Shown: positions 46,011 to 61,696 of the stretch, in pieces
Position numbering within the stretch: position 1 is the first letter of the stretch
Layout of the letters: each line of letters begins with the position of its first letter
Assembly (NCBI RefSeq): GCF_009914755.1
Contig: NC_060929.1
From: the human T2T-CHM13v2.0 reference genome, Homo sapiens
Strand: one strand, 5' to 3'
DNA: 64,000 bases
Notes under the pieces: generated by a model
Told to the model about the DNA's origin: nothing
What the model saw: only the letters and a program-made list of their open reading frames with translations
Database searches by the model: none
Made by a program: the position numbers and the translations under genes

Positions 46011-46584
46011 TGTGAAGAACAAGTAAACAATCTCTCTACAGAGGTCCACAGTTTTCTTCTTAAAGCAAATCTTGATTTTGAAAGTGAGGTGTTGTGGTGA
46101 GTTTTCAAATTACAATACAATTTTTAGCAATCTCTAGAAATATTCTTCCAACCATGCAAGTGTAAAGGGTATTTACCTCTGCATTATTTTTAAGAATAAT
46201 TGAAGTATATAAAAGACCAAGAAGTGTCAAGAATAATGAGCATATTTAATATATACCTGTGTTAGAATCTTGTGTAAACAAAAATAAATTATAAAAAAAA
46301 ACTTATAGTATGATCCTATTTTGATAGAAAAATGTGTAGAGTACATTTGTATATACAAAGATACTGTGTGGAACTATATAAAATAGATGTGCAACATAAA
46401 ATATTCTGAAATGTTATAAACTAGTGATTAAACATAAGAAGTGGAGTTGAGAGAAAATGATGGTAATACCCACGTCTTAAACTTACTCTTCAGTTTTTAT
46501 TTGATTGTTTTTACTAATTATTCTTTTTAGATTAAAAAATTACATTGTTTGGAGTATTTAGAAAAAAAAAATGCTGGTTCTTAC

Positions 46585-46598
46585 CTTTGTCTCTGCAT
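46585..46598 (-). pseudogene. 14-nt microexon-like segment
   Basis: ggttttcttatag|ATGCAGAGACAAAG|gtaaga: consensus acceptor and near-optimal donor. Confidence 0.35.
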
Positions 46599-47149
46599 CT
46601 ATAAGAAAACCTATCCATTATTTAAGTACCTTGAAATACAACACTTAAACTATTGCACATAACTAAATAACCCTGTGAGATTCATTGACCAATTGCATCA
46701 TAGTCTCTTCTACCAGGACTTTACATCAATAATAATATTGATAATGAGATTATTTCTGAATTATTCACATCTTTTTCTTATCCTAACTCAAACAGGAAAT
46801 AATAATGAATTAGGAAATTATAAGCTTGTGTTTAAATTTCATCACTATATGATAGCAGATGTCATACTGCATCTTTCCATTTCCAAAATCAGTAACATAA
46901 TATGGAAAATTCCCATTTTAATCAAATTGAATTTAAAAGAAGGTATGAATTTTTATGGTATGAAAGTGCTTGCGGTGATTTTTAATATCAAATTTGCCTA
47001 ACACCCTGCAATTCTCAGTGTCCCAGCAAATATTTGCATGTGGCAATATGCTTGAAACCCCATTGTGCTTTCCTTGGGCAGTATTAGAATTTTGTGTGTA
47101 GGAATTTCTTTAATATCAAATAGGCCAATTTGTAGTCTCTTCTAGCACT

Positions 47150-47960
47150 GAATTTCTTATGTTGCAGAGTCTCCTCAACCTCATCAGCAAAATAGTGATA
47201 ATATTATTGTCTCATGGGGTAGTTTTAAGGATTAAGCTGAATTATAAATGATACTACTAGTACAGATTCAATGTACAGTAAATTTTAAGTAAGTATTAGT
47301 TCCGCTCACCATCCCTATCCCCCTTAAAAAGAAACTAAGCTGTGAAACCTATACTAACTTCATTCACCTGGGGTACACATATTTTAATCAATTTCTACCC
47401 TGATTCATTATACTCTAAAACTCAAAGTTTTTAATAATGAAATACCACAAAAGATACTAAGAGATGGATTGCCCACGGGAACGGAAAATCGGTGCACCAT
47501 AGTGCTAGAAGACAATATTGTAGGATTTAAGTCAAAGAACATCAGTTCAAATTCCTACTTGCAACTTAATAACTCTAACCCTCTGTTTTCTCATTTGTAA
47601 ACTAAGAATGAAAGCAACTATCCACAGAGCAGTGCAATCTATTGGTTAAGATCATGGATTCTGGAACTGAATTTCTTGGGTTCAAATCCTGGTACCTCCA
47701 CTTCCTAGCTGTGTGACCCTCCACTTCCTAGCTGCGTGAGCTTAAGGAAATTTCTTAAACTCCATGAAAAATTGTCCTTCTCTAGCAAGCAAAAATTAGA
47801 ATGTAACTTTGTCATAGATATTATTGTGAGGGTAAAATAATATAATATGTGGAAAATCTTTCAAACAATGTATCTATAGTAATTGCTGTGTAAGTACTTA
47901 TTGCTTTTGTAATTGTTTGTACTATTATCAGACTGTTTTGAGGATTAAACACACAATATT
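47150..47960 (+). mobile_element. MIR cluster, including a MIR (~47625-47928) nested in another MIR
   Basis: Three MIR cores; the outer MIR breaks after aactatccac and resumes at cagactgttttgaggattaaa. Confidence 0.65.
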
Positions 47961-48894
47961 CCTAGTAGTATATTTTTGATGTAAAAAGTAGCCTAGAATC
48001 ATTAATTTTGGGTACCATTTCTCTTATTATGTACCCCTTCTCATAAACATTACAGAAATTCACTTGGAAGCCCAGGTAGTTATGGGATTTGGTTTCTGTC
48101 TAGGAAAAAAAATGTGTTACCAAATAGTTACATTGAAACAAATTACAGCCCTACATTGTTGAAATCATACAAACTTCACATAAATTTCTAGAATCTTTTG
48201 AGTAGAAAATATTTCCAGGAATTTTCTGACAATAGAATAAAAACTAATAAATATATCAAATTATTATTATTAACTAGGTCATACTATTTAATAAAAAAGC
48301 AAAGTGTGAATTTCATTTTTATATAATTTTATGCATCTTGAAACATATTTAAAGGAGAAAATTTAAAGTCATTTTTTCAATAACAGTTTTATTGATTATA
48401 CAGTTAATACATAATTCCCATTCTCTTTATGCTTCATATAGAATAGGAGAAACACTGATTTTCAGAAATGTTAATAATTAGCAAATCTAATGTATCTTGC
48501 TATGATGAAGTGTGAACAAGTAGACAAACATATACACACATAAAAAGAAAATTTAGTTTTTAGTCATTTTTCTAAATTCTAGAGAGATGTCATTTAATCT
48601 TTATTAAAATTTAAACTTTTAGGGCAAAGAGAAAACTGTATAATCATATCTCTGACCTTTCTGACACAGAGATATGCTAATTTGCAATTCATATAACCAG
48701 CATAATTTTACTTGTCTTTTTATAAACTTATTTAAATATGAGTATACATCCCTGGCATGTTCCTAATTGTAACTGATATTAGACAAATACATCAACTAAA
48801 GGTGATAATGAGCCAAATTATTAGATATCAGAAGGTTATGCATTAATCATGGCTTTGACAATGACTCCTGATGTAGAACTATAAAACTGTATTC

Positions 48895-49194
<300 letters not shown>

Positions 49195-49336
49195 TAAAAT
49201 TGTATTCTTAAACCCCAATTCCTTCACTGTAGAGTTGGATCTGTGGATAACAATAATTTACTACTCATGTCTCTGCTTTTATTGAAGAATCTAAACATTT
49301 AGAGAAATATTCTGATTCCAAATCCTTAGTACTTAC

Positions 49337-49404
49337 TCTTATGCCATGCGACAATCTTTCAATAATTTTCATGGGATCATCTTTTTTTAGATTTCTTATG
49401 ACCT
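49337..49404 (-). pseudogene. Exon-like remnant (68 nt, phase 1-0, open)
   Basis: Acceptor tttttttatcctag|, donor AGA|gtaagt; VIRNLKKDDPMKIIERLSHGIR. Confidence 0.5.
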
Positions 49405-49685
49405 CTAGGATAAAAAAATTTACAAAAGTACAAGTCTAAATGTATTTCTGTGGAGTTAAAGGGTGCCATCATTCTTCTCTTTGTTGTAACAAAAGACAAT
49501 GAAAAGGGTTACATAGTCACTATGTATTACATATGTCTACTATATATATTTTCATTAAAACTTAAAAGGCTTAACTTTTTTTCAATATGGTTGCATCTTA
49601 TTATTTATTACTGATCATCATCCACAGAGCCCTTGACTCTCTCCAACTCTATGATGGTAACAGGCATATTCAAATGACAGCTCAC

Positions 49686-49759
49686 CATTGAGAATTATCA
49701 AACTGGCTTTCTAGTTCTCCAGGCTCACTTATCACAGCAATTTCTATCATACTGATATA
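49686..49759 (-). pseudogene. Exon-like remnant (74 nt)
   Basis: Acceptor gcactctttcag|, donor ATG|gtgagc; phase-0 frame open: YISMIEIAVISEPGELESQFDNSQ. Confidence 0.5.
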
Positions 49760-49766
49760 CTGAAAG

Positions 49767-50161
49767 AGTGCATTGCTAAGTGAACTATAACAGATAAATA
49801 AACATTTCCCAATGGTTGGTCCAGTTCTCATACTGAAAGAGAATTGTAGCTCAGATAAAACATCCCTTTCTCCCCAGCACTTCCCAAAAGACATTCCATA
49901 AAGTCCTAATTTCACAAGGACAGCAAAAATAGTATATATGGTAAAATAAATTACGGAAATATTGTCTGCTCTATTCCACTGTTATACAATAATATTTCCA
50001 AGACTTTGAAAAGTATAAGCTGTTTAATTATTATCTTTCAGCAGATATTATCCCCTTTATTAGGAATAGAAATGGCTATTTTATCAATATTTTATAAGCT
50101 TTATTGGACCAACCATTGGGGAATGTTTCTTTATCTGTTATAGTTCACTTAGCAATGCACT
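49767..50161. repeat. 57-bp inverted repeat (arms 49767-49823 and 50105-50161), 281-bp spacer
   Basis: Arm 2 equals the reverse complement of arm 1 at 55/57 positions. Confidence 0.95.
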
Positions 50162-50267
50162 TACGTCTTTTTTAGATATGTACTTATATTTTTTGCCATA
50201 TTCTAGCCTTACATGTTTTCAATTTCTTCAATGTCTTCATGAATTTCATCTCTCAAATCACTTATTA

Positions 50268-51830
<1,563 letters not shown>

Positions 51831-52052
51831 AATACTTCTAATATTTTAACTGTATTTATGAATATCATCTTTTTATTTTCAGCATTTTTGCCATCCCACT
51901 ATTTTTATTCTCAGCATTTTACAACCACACCTTAATTAATAATTTAAATAAATATAATTGAGCTCCTAAAGAAAAGGCTATGTGTGACATATTCACATGT
52001 ACCCATATTAGATATTATACTAAGAATGAAATCTTTAAACATCTCACAATCA

Positions 52053-53990
<1,938 letters not shown>

Positions 53991-54574
53991 TTGGTGATAT
54001 AATTGTACTTTTCATATTGATACTATTTTTACATAAATATTAAATAAGTATGGTGGTAAGTCGTTGCTGACAATGGCATGGCACTTATATGTGACTTATG
54101 AGAATATTACAAAGCCTGACAACCTTTGAAAAACCTTAATAATCACAGTTGCAAGAATTTAGTCGCAAACGTTTGAAAAGTTTGCGAAAAGTTTGAAAGT
54201 TTTGTTTCATTGGCCTATCACTCAAAAGCACATTTAAAGTTTTTTCTTTGAAATGGAGTTGTTCCCTCAAACATTGCTATTGAATTGGTAGTTTAAATAA
54301 TTCTTTTCTTGTTAACCAGAGTCAATATGATCTGAAGTTAAAATGTTCATAATTGTTATTTTATAAATTAAAATATATCTTTAAAAGTATATGTAAATGT
54401 TAAAAAAAGACTGCCTAAAAAACCCCTGAAACAATGTAAAGCTATGTACATTACAAGTTCTGTCATCTACTGTATACTGCCTATTCTTTGCTTATCCTCT
54501 CCACCCACTCCACAGCTGACAATATGAATGAACGGCTGCTTTTTCTTTCAACTCTTTCTTTAAGGCCAGATCTA

Positions 54575-54750
54575 TTATCATCGTCCTATAGAATTTTCTG
54601 AGGTGACAGAAATATCCTGAACTGTGTTGCCAATGCAAGAGGCACTAGCCACTTGTGGCAACTGAGTTCTTGAAATGTGGCCCATGTGGCATTTTAAATT
54701 TTATTTAATGTGAATTTGAATTTGAATTTGGATGATGGCACGTGGCTACC
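54575..54750. mobile_element. MER3-like hAT-Charlie element
   Basis: atagaattttctgaggtgacagaaatatcct...gcactagccacttgtggcaactgagttcttgaaatgtggc...cacgtggcta. Confidence 0.75.
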
Positions 54751-54818
54751 AATGATTAATGTATTAAAATTTTGAGTACTTATTATATATTAGGCACTGT
54801 TATAAGAAATGTAGCTGT

Positions 54819-55127
54819 AGCCGGGTGCAGTGGCTCACGCCTGTAATCCCAGCACTTTGGGAAGCCCAGGTGGGCAGATCAGCCAAGGTCAGGAGTTTTG
54901 AGACCAGCCTGGACAATGTGGTGAAACCCCATCTCTACTAAAAATACAAAAATTAGCTGGGCGTGGTGGTGGGTGCCTGTAATTTCAGATACTCAGAAGG
55001 CTGAGGCAGGAGAATCAATTGAACCCGGGAGGTGGAGGTGTACAGTGAGCTGAGGTTGCTCCAGCCTGGGTGACAGAGTGAGACTCCGTCTCAAAAACAG
55101 AAATAAATAAATAAATAAATAAATAAA
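54819..55127 (+). mobile_element. AluS with (AAAT)n tail, inserted in an antisense MIR (~54770-55240)
   Basis: Full Alu; TSD agctgta/agctcta; MIR motifs on both sides. Confidence 0.9.
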
Positions 55128-55379
55128 GCTCTATTAATCCATTGAATTCTCACAACAAATATATCAAATAGGTACGATTATCTTCATTTTAGATATGAGA
55201 AAATGGGCATAAGAGGTTAAATAAATGATTTAATAGCAACACTGATAAATTCTGTGTTGTCTGTTCTGCACTGACTAGTACCAGTCACTAAGCTAAGTAC
55301 TAGTCACTAGTACAGTAACAATACATCACTTAAATTGGTCATGGTCAGTAGTGTTCTGATCTATTAGGGTGTGTTATGT

Positions 55380-55510
55380 TCTTATCTCTGATTTTTAGGT
55401 TGAGAAACAGTCATGAAAGAGGTTAAGTAACTTTCCCAAGGTCATAATCAGTCAACAGAAGGGCCCAGATAGAACAGCCTAGCTGACCTCAAAACTTGCT
55501 TTCTTCACTG
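55380..55510 (-). mobile_element. MIR SINE
   Basis: gagaaacagtcatgaaagaggttaagtaactttcccaaggtcata. Confidence 0.75.
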
Positions 55511-55871
55511 GTCAAATGAATTCCTCATAAGAAGCAAAAGAAGAGTTGAAGTTCTGACTGGGTCAAAATAACTATGAATCCATTTTCTTGGGCTTCTTTT
55601 CATCATTCCCCCACCCCCAATAACAACAGAGAGCACCTTCACTTTAAGAAAACTTCCCTTCGCTCCCCATTTCCTTTCCCACCACAAAGAGAAAACTCCT
55701 GCCTCTTAATACAGTCCAGAAATAATCTTAATATTTTAAAGAGCGTCTCCCATTACACAAGAACAGAATGGCAGAACAGTGGTAAACCGTCAATCCTGAA
55801 TTTGTTAATAAGTGACTCGGATCACAGCTCCATTGTTAGAGACCTGGTATCCATTAAGAGGCTCTGCCCAC

Positions 55872-56113
55872 CTGCTTCTCCTTTATCTCCGCACCTGCCT
55901 TCCGCTGACAGAGGAGATTAATCCTACTTGTAGAAGAAATGTTTCCACTTTCCACTGAGAAGGAAAATGTTTCATAATCTCGCTGTAGGAAATTTGGCCA
56001 TATTACTCCACTGGCATTCTTAGACTTCCTGCCTGAATATCGCTCAAATTGTAACTTTTGGCAGCGCTGTGTGTTACAGACTTGATATTTTAATACGAGG
56101 TGTTCTTCAATAA
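55872..56113 (-). pseudogene. Exon-like remnant (242 nt, phase 1-0, 80 codons without a stop), nesprin/spectrin-like
   Basis: ctattaag| ... CAG|gtgggc; IEEHLVLKYQVCNTQRCQKLQFERYSGRKSKNASGVIWPNFLQRDYETFSFSVESGNISSTSRINLLCQRKAGAEIKEKQ. Confidence 0.55.
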
Positions 56114-56493
56114 CTTAATAGATGACATTTTACAAACTAAAAATTGATTTTTTTGCCTTCACACACTAATCTTGAATCACTGAAAATCTATAATTATACC
56201 AATTAAAATCTAAATGTATTGGCTTGAAAACACAATATACTGTGATTAGTTGTCATAACTCTAAAATTCACTGAGTTCAAATCATGATTTATTAGAACTG
56301 AACTCATTTCATATCTGAATTATCTTTTTTTTTATTTGATTGATTGGCCATATTGTTATTTGGGTTCTGACAGAGCATGGAGGAATATTGTGCACCAGAC
56401 ATTAATCAGGAAATTATGCATTGCTTTCACAACTGGACTTTACTTTGTAATATTGTATTAGCTCTTAACATGCAAATTATTTTAGGTAATTAC

Positions 56494-56634
56494 CTCATTT
56501 TTCAGTGGGCATTTGATGGATAGAAGTTTCATGCAGATTCTTCTGTGTAATTTAAAATCTTGTGGTGATTTGTTTCTTTGCATGTTCATAAAAATCCCAG
56601 TTTGAATTGTCATACATCAGACCCATGAGGTCAG
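56494..56634 (-). pseudogene. Exon-like remnant (141 nt)
   Basis: Acceptor ttttctacag|, donor GAG|gtaatt; phase 1-1 reading DLMGLMYDNSNWDFYEHAKKQITTRF*ITQKNLHETSIHQMPTEK*, phase-compatible with the 55872-56113 exon. Confidence 0.55.
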
Positions 56635-56705
56635 CTGTAGAAAATCTTAATTGTAGAAGCTCATTTTCCTAGTTTCTTTTAACCCTAATTGAGGCTGGCA
56701 GTCAC

Positions 56706-56889
56706 CTCTTTCCAAATGTAAAACTGTGCCCAGGATTGTGTTTTTCTATCATTGAAGTAAAAGCTGAGATACTTTCTAGTCCATGGACATATCATAGTAC
56801 ACAGTTACAGATAGGATTCACTCTTTCTAGCCAGTTCAACTAGCTGAATTGCTGTTATTCACTTTGTAAAGTACAGCCTTAAATACTAA
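56706..56889 (-). pseudogene. Exon-like remnant (184 nt, phase 0-1), heavily decayed
   Basis: aaaattttcag| ... GAG|gtgact; LVFKAVLYKV..., shifted frame IQLVELARKSESYL, then MD*KVSQLLLQ**KNTILGTVLHLER; many stops. Confidence 0.35.
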
Positions 56890-57828
56890 CTGAAAATTTT
56901 ATGTTGCAAATGGATGTCTCTATTCCCCAGTTTTAATATTAAATAATTCAGCTAATATTCAAAACACAATAGCTTGTATTAATATTGCAATATAGTAAAT
57001 AAAATAGATAGGCTATTCTTATATATGTCATATTTGTAGTTTTCAAACAAATATAAGGTATTAGCAGACCTCTGATCCAGAGTTTTATTAGATATATTCA
57101 CATATGTGAACTGCCCAGAACATTTAGATCATTCTTTCCCCATATTTTTCAATCTAGCATGTCATATAATCATGAATATTTGTTGTGATCTTGTCTATTC
57201 AGAAACCTGCTGCTGTAAAATAGCTTCCTCATAAATGTCAAGTAATGTAAAATTGAATGCCTATATTTAAATAGATTTTAACAGATAATAAAACTCTTGA
57301 GATTAAAACGGTTTCATTCAGGGAGGCAGACAATTCTTTCCACAGTGTGCAATTTATGTGTCATGTTATATAAAATACAATTTTAAAAATACATTTTAAA
57401 AAGCACAAATGAAAAATATCTATTGAATTAAACAAAAAAAGAAGCTAGGAAGCTAGTGTTCTCATTGCAGGTCTAGTTGAAAATGTGAAATAGAACGACA
57501 AAGTACAAACTTCTATTTTCTAAACATTGTTCTGATGAGATCTGCTTTCTGCTAATTCCTATGGGGGTTATTCCAGAGATTCAAGCTATCAAAACAGTGT
57601 TTTTACTCACAACCTAACCTTTCTTCATTTACAACAAAACAAAGGAATTAGAGAATTTTGACACACTGTGATATGAGGCATAAAAGAAAATTGCTTTTCC
57701 ACTTATAGGTTTGCGTTTGGCACCTTATCTGCGAACACCCAGATATATCACAGTTTACAGTTGGTTCACCAGCACAAAGGATGTATCTTGTCTCTTGAGA
57801 TAACAGCTTCTGACAGTCTTTCACTCAC

Positions 57829-57993
57829 TAAATATTAAAATGGATGTGTAAAGTTAGATGTCTGATAAATAGTATTTTTTTAGATAGAGTTTTTTGGCTT
57901 AATACATATTCAGCAGTTTTTAATATGGTTGAGGTAGGAAAGGCTATATATTTTAATACGAGGTTTTCTTCAATAACTAATTGGGTAGAAAGC
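57829..57993 (-). pseudogene. Exon-like remnant (open frame)
   Basis: Donor TTA|gtgagt; LSTQLVIEENLVLKYIAFPTSTILKTAEYVLSQKTLSKKILFIRHLTLHIHFNI; acceptor either at 57994 or 57977. Confidence 0.3.
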
Positions 57994-58049
57994 CTAATTA
58001 GGTTGCCAAAATAGTTTACACATGAGGGAAAACAGATCTCACATGTAAG

Positions 58050-58633
58050 TGACAGATGGATTCCAAAAGAGAGGCCAAATGCGAACGATGCCAGTGCTCC
58101 CAAGCCAGAGCCAACCAAGAGCATATCTGAAGTCAAAGTTGGGTTTATTGACTTGTTGCAAAGAGGAAGACTGCACACAGTGGGGAACAGTGGAGTTTCT
58201 TTATAAAAAAAAAAAAAAAAAGGTGTTAGAAGAGTCTCAGGAGAGAATAGAAGCTTGTGTTGGGTGACTTGAGGGAAGGTTCAAGGATGTGGAGACAGTT
58301 TTACGATTTGGGTATCCTAATAATTCTCATTTAGAAAGCAGGAAGCATGAAGCAATCCTGAAGCTGAAATCGGCACAGAAGCAGTAATCACTAATATCAG
58401 CAAGGATAGGGTGATGTTAGGTCTTTTTTGTTGTTTGAACAATATTCTACTTTTTGTCTGAGTTCAGATGTGCATTTATGGAGTTTTTGTTAGTTGGTTG
58501 TTTGGTTGGTTATTTCTCTTGATTCATCATGGTCACAGAGTGCCTTGCCTGATGTTTGAACAAGAGGCCACCCAGCTTAGCCGACAGTGTCCCCATCAGC
58601 TCCTGGATGGCAGGGCTGTTTTTCTCTTTCTCA
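58050..58633 (-). mobile_element. LTR78-like old ERV1 solo LTR
   Basis: TG...CA; ends cagctcctggatggcagggctgtttttctctttctca (revcomp TGAGAAAGAGAAAA); subfamily by recall. Confidence 0.65.
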
Positions 58634-59209
58634 AAAATATCACAAAAAGGCAATTGATGTTGGAAAGAGCTAATTGTATGTAGGGTTTGCATCCAGAGGG
58701 AAAAAAATCAACATTAAAGTTATACTCTAGGATCATTTCTAAATATGTCATTCCATCTAATTCTAAGAGTAAGATTATAGTATCCATCTTCATTTACCAG
58801 ATGCAAATCTAGCAGTGGAAGTCAATTAGGTTATTTGCTTGCAGCCACACAGATAATAACAGGAAAGGCTAGGACTTAAATCTTGATCTCACAGATTCTG
58901 AAATATATCATTTTTCTCCTTCACCAATATATGGGTCATATACTTCAAGTTGGAATTGGAAGCAAGCTATGGTGTCACTGGCAGAATTTGATAGTCCGAT
59001 ATGGGGATGGATTTAGATTGCTTTCACTTTTAGTGCTTTTTTACCATGAATGTCTCAATTGTTAATAATCAATCCCCATCTTGTACTCTCCAAATCTGCT
59101 CTTGACTGTCCATGATTGATTCTGAGTTTCTTTTTAGAATGTTAAAGATTTGAGGCAATAGTGGAGCATCATTTAACCATTCATTCATTTATCTGTGGTT
59201 CACTTCTAA

Positions 59210-61670
59210 GTTTTTTTATTGTGAAACACAAAAAAGGACAATTAGTAAAAATGTACAACTCAATAATTTATGACAAAGTAGACACTTTGTAACCCCCAAT
59301 GAAGTTAATAAACATGATCATTGCTAACACCCCAGAATTTCTCTTCATGCTCTCTCCTGATCATAACCTGTTTTTTTTCTCAATCAACAGTAACTGATAT
59401 TTTGACATTGATGGTAATTATTTTTTTACTTTTCTTTGTATTATACCAAGTAAATTTGCATCCATACATATGATAAGTTAGTTCTACCTCTATTTTTTAC
59501 ACTATGTAAATGAAAGCATAGGGTCTATAATAGTATCTACTTTGTTTTGCTCAAAATTATGTTTGTGCAATTCATCCATGATTAATGTGTGTAGCTGTGG
59601 TTTGTTCCGTTTGATTGTTGTGTGGTGTTATTTTGAATGATTTTTAAAAATTTGTATACTTTAAAGAATTTTAAAATGTGTGTTAACAGTCTCCTATTGA
59701 TAGACATTTGTTTTTTTTTCCAGTTTTGAGCACTTACACATTTTTGTAAATATTTCTTGATATGGATATGCCAATTTTGCTGTTCAGCAGGAGTGAAATT
59801 TCTGAATCTGATGATATGTCTATCATCTTCAAACTTTATAACTGATACCAACCTTTTTTCCAAAATGGCTGTACCAGTTTTTAGTCTTTCCACCACTATA
59901 TAAACGATTCTTTTGTTTCAGATTGTTGGCATAATTGTCTTTTGAATTTTGGTCATTCTGGGATGTTATAGTAAGAAAAATTTCTGTGTGTTATAGTATT
60001 AATAATAGTAGTGTTTTACCTTGCATACCTCTGATTGTTAGCAATGTTTAATCAGTTTTTGTGTGTTTATTGCCCATCTGGACATTGTCCCTTGTTAATA
60101 ATTCTCTTGGCCATTTGTGAAGGGGAAATAGTTCATTTTCTTACGGATGTGTAGGTGTTAGTTGTACATTCTGGATGTTAGCCATTAGAAATTATATGTT
60201 GCATTAGTTAGGATTCTCCAGAGAATTAGAATCAATAGGGTAAATAAAGATATATTAGAGGAGATTTATTATGAAAATTGTCTGACACAATCATAGAGGC
60301 TGGAAGTATGCAGAATATGCCATCTGCAAGCTGGAGAACCAGGAAAGCTGGTGATCTAATTTTGTCCTTGAAGGGTTGAAAGCCGGACAACCAGGATCTC
60401 CTATGTCTGAGAGCAGAAGATTTATGCCCCAATTTAAAAAGAGAGAATTTGTTTTCCTCTGTCCTTTATTTTTTTCCCTATCAGGGCTCTCAAGGGATTG
60501 AATGATGCCCTCTCTCATCTGTGAGGCTGGACTTTTTTACTAAGTCTACTGAATCAAACATTAATCTCTTCTGGAAACACCATCAGACACACCCAGTAGT
60601 AATGTTACCAGCAGTCAAGGCATCCCTTAGCCCAGTCAGGCTGAAGCATAAAATTTGCCGTGTCATATGTGTTGCAAATATCTTTTCCCACAATGCAGCT
60701 TATTTTCTACATTTTTAATGGTATCTTTTGGTGAATGGACGTTCTTTATTTTCCTGTAGTTAATTTTATTATTCTTTCTTGGGTTAGTGCTTTTTGGGTC
60801 CTGTTTTAGAGGTTCGACTACCTTGAGATGATGAAAATATTTTCCTGTTATCATTTAGAAAAACGTTTTCACATTTTAGTATTTAATTAATCTGGAATTT
60901 ACTTTTGTATACAGTAGGGGCCAGATAGTTTTTTCATCCTTTCCTCTTTCAGATAACCAATTGTCCTTGCACTATTAATTGAAAACATCTTTATATCCAC
61001 TGCTGTGCTGTGTTACACTGTCATAGTGAAGGGTCTATATATGTATGAGTCTGTTTCGGGGTATGTTATTTTATAATTTTAGTGTCTTCGGTTATTTCCT
61101 AGATTTGGACAACTATGGATAAATTTTCTATGAACACTTTTATTTCAGTCTTTGTGGGGATTTATGATTTTTTCTTTTTCTTGGGTAAATACCTTCCTTA
61201 ATTTCTAATTTATTCCTAGTATTTCATATATTTGGCACTTTTGTAAATAGTATATTATAGTAATAAGTTTTACTTATTTGGTATTAGTATAGAGAATTTT
61301 TTTTAAAAAAATTTTCTTTTAAGCTAAAATTTACACTCATCAAAATTCACCACATTTAATCTACAATCTTATGATGTTGACACATGCATGTGGTTCGTAA
61401 CCACCAACAAAATCATATGAAACAGTTCTTTGTAGTAAAACTCTTCCTCTAACCCTTACCCTGGAAACCACTGGTCTGTTTTCAGTCCCTTTAACTGTGC
61501 CACTTTCGGAAGATAGTACTTGTGGAGTAGTGCCTAAGAAATCTTCACTTAACCCATGGTCACAAAAATTATCTCATATATTTTCTCTTAGAAATTTGTC
61601 CTTTTAAATTTTAAGTTCTATAGTTTATTTTGAGTTAATTTTTGTATGTGATGTGAGGTATGCATTTTTT
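59210..61670 (-). mobile_element. Old L1ME/L1MC fragments (interrupted by MLT2)
   Basis: T-rich antisense L1 3' motifs (caattcatccatg, ttttccaaaatggctgtaccagttt, gttgcaaatatcttttccca, tttattttgagttaatttttgtat). Confidence 0.75.
60200..60665 (-). mobile_element. MLT2-family (ERVL) solo LTR
   Basis: tgcattagttaggattctccagagaa...ccatctgcaagctggagaaccaggaaagctggtg...cccagtcaggctgaagcataaaattt; perfect 5-bp TSD tatgt. Confidence 0.85.
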
Positions 61671-61696
61671 TAATAATATTTTCGGTTTCTTTACGA

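Noticed and set aside
54163-54200. tcgcaaac...gtttgcga inverted octamer with gtttgaaaa repeats
   Set aside because: Too short; explainable by local slippage
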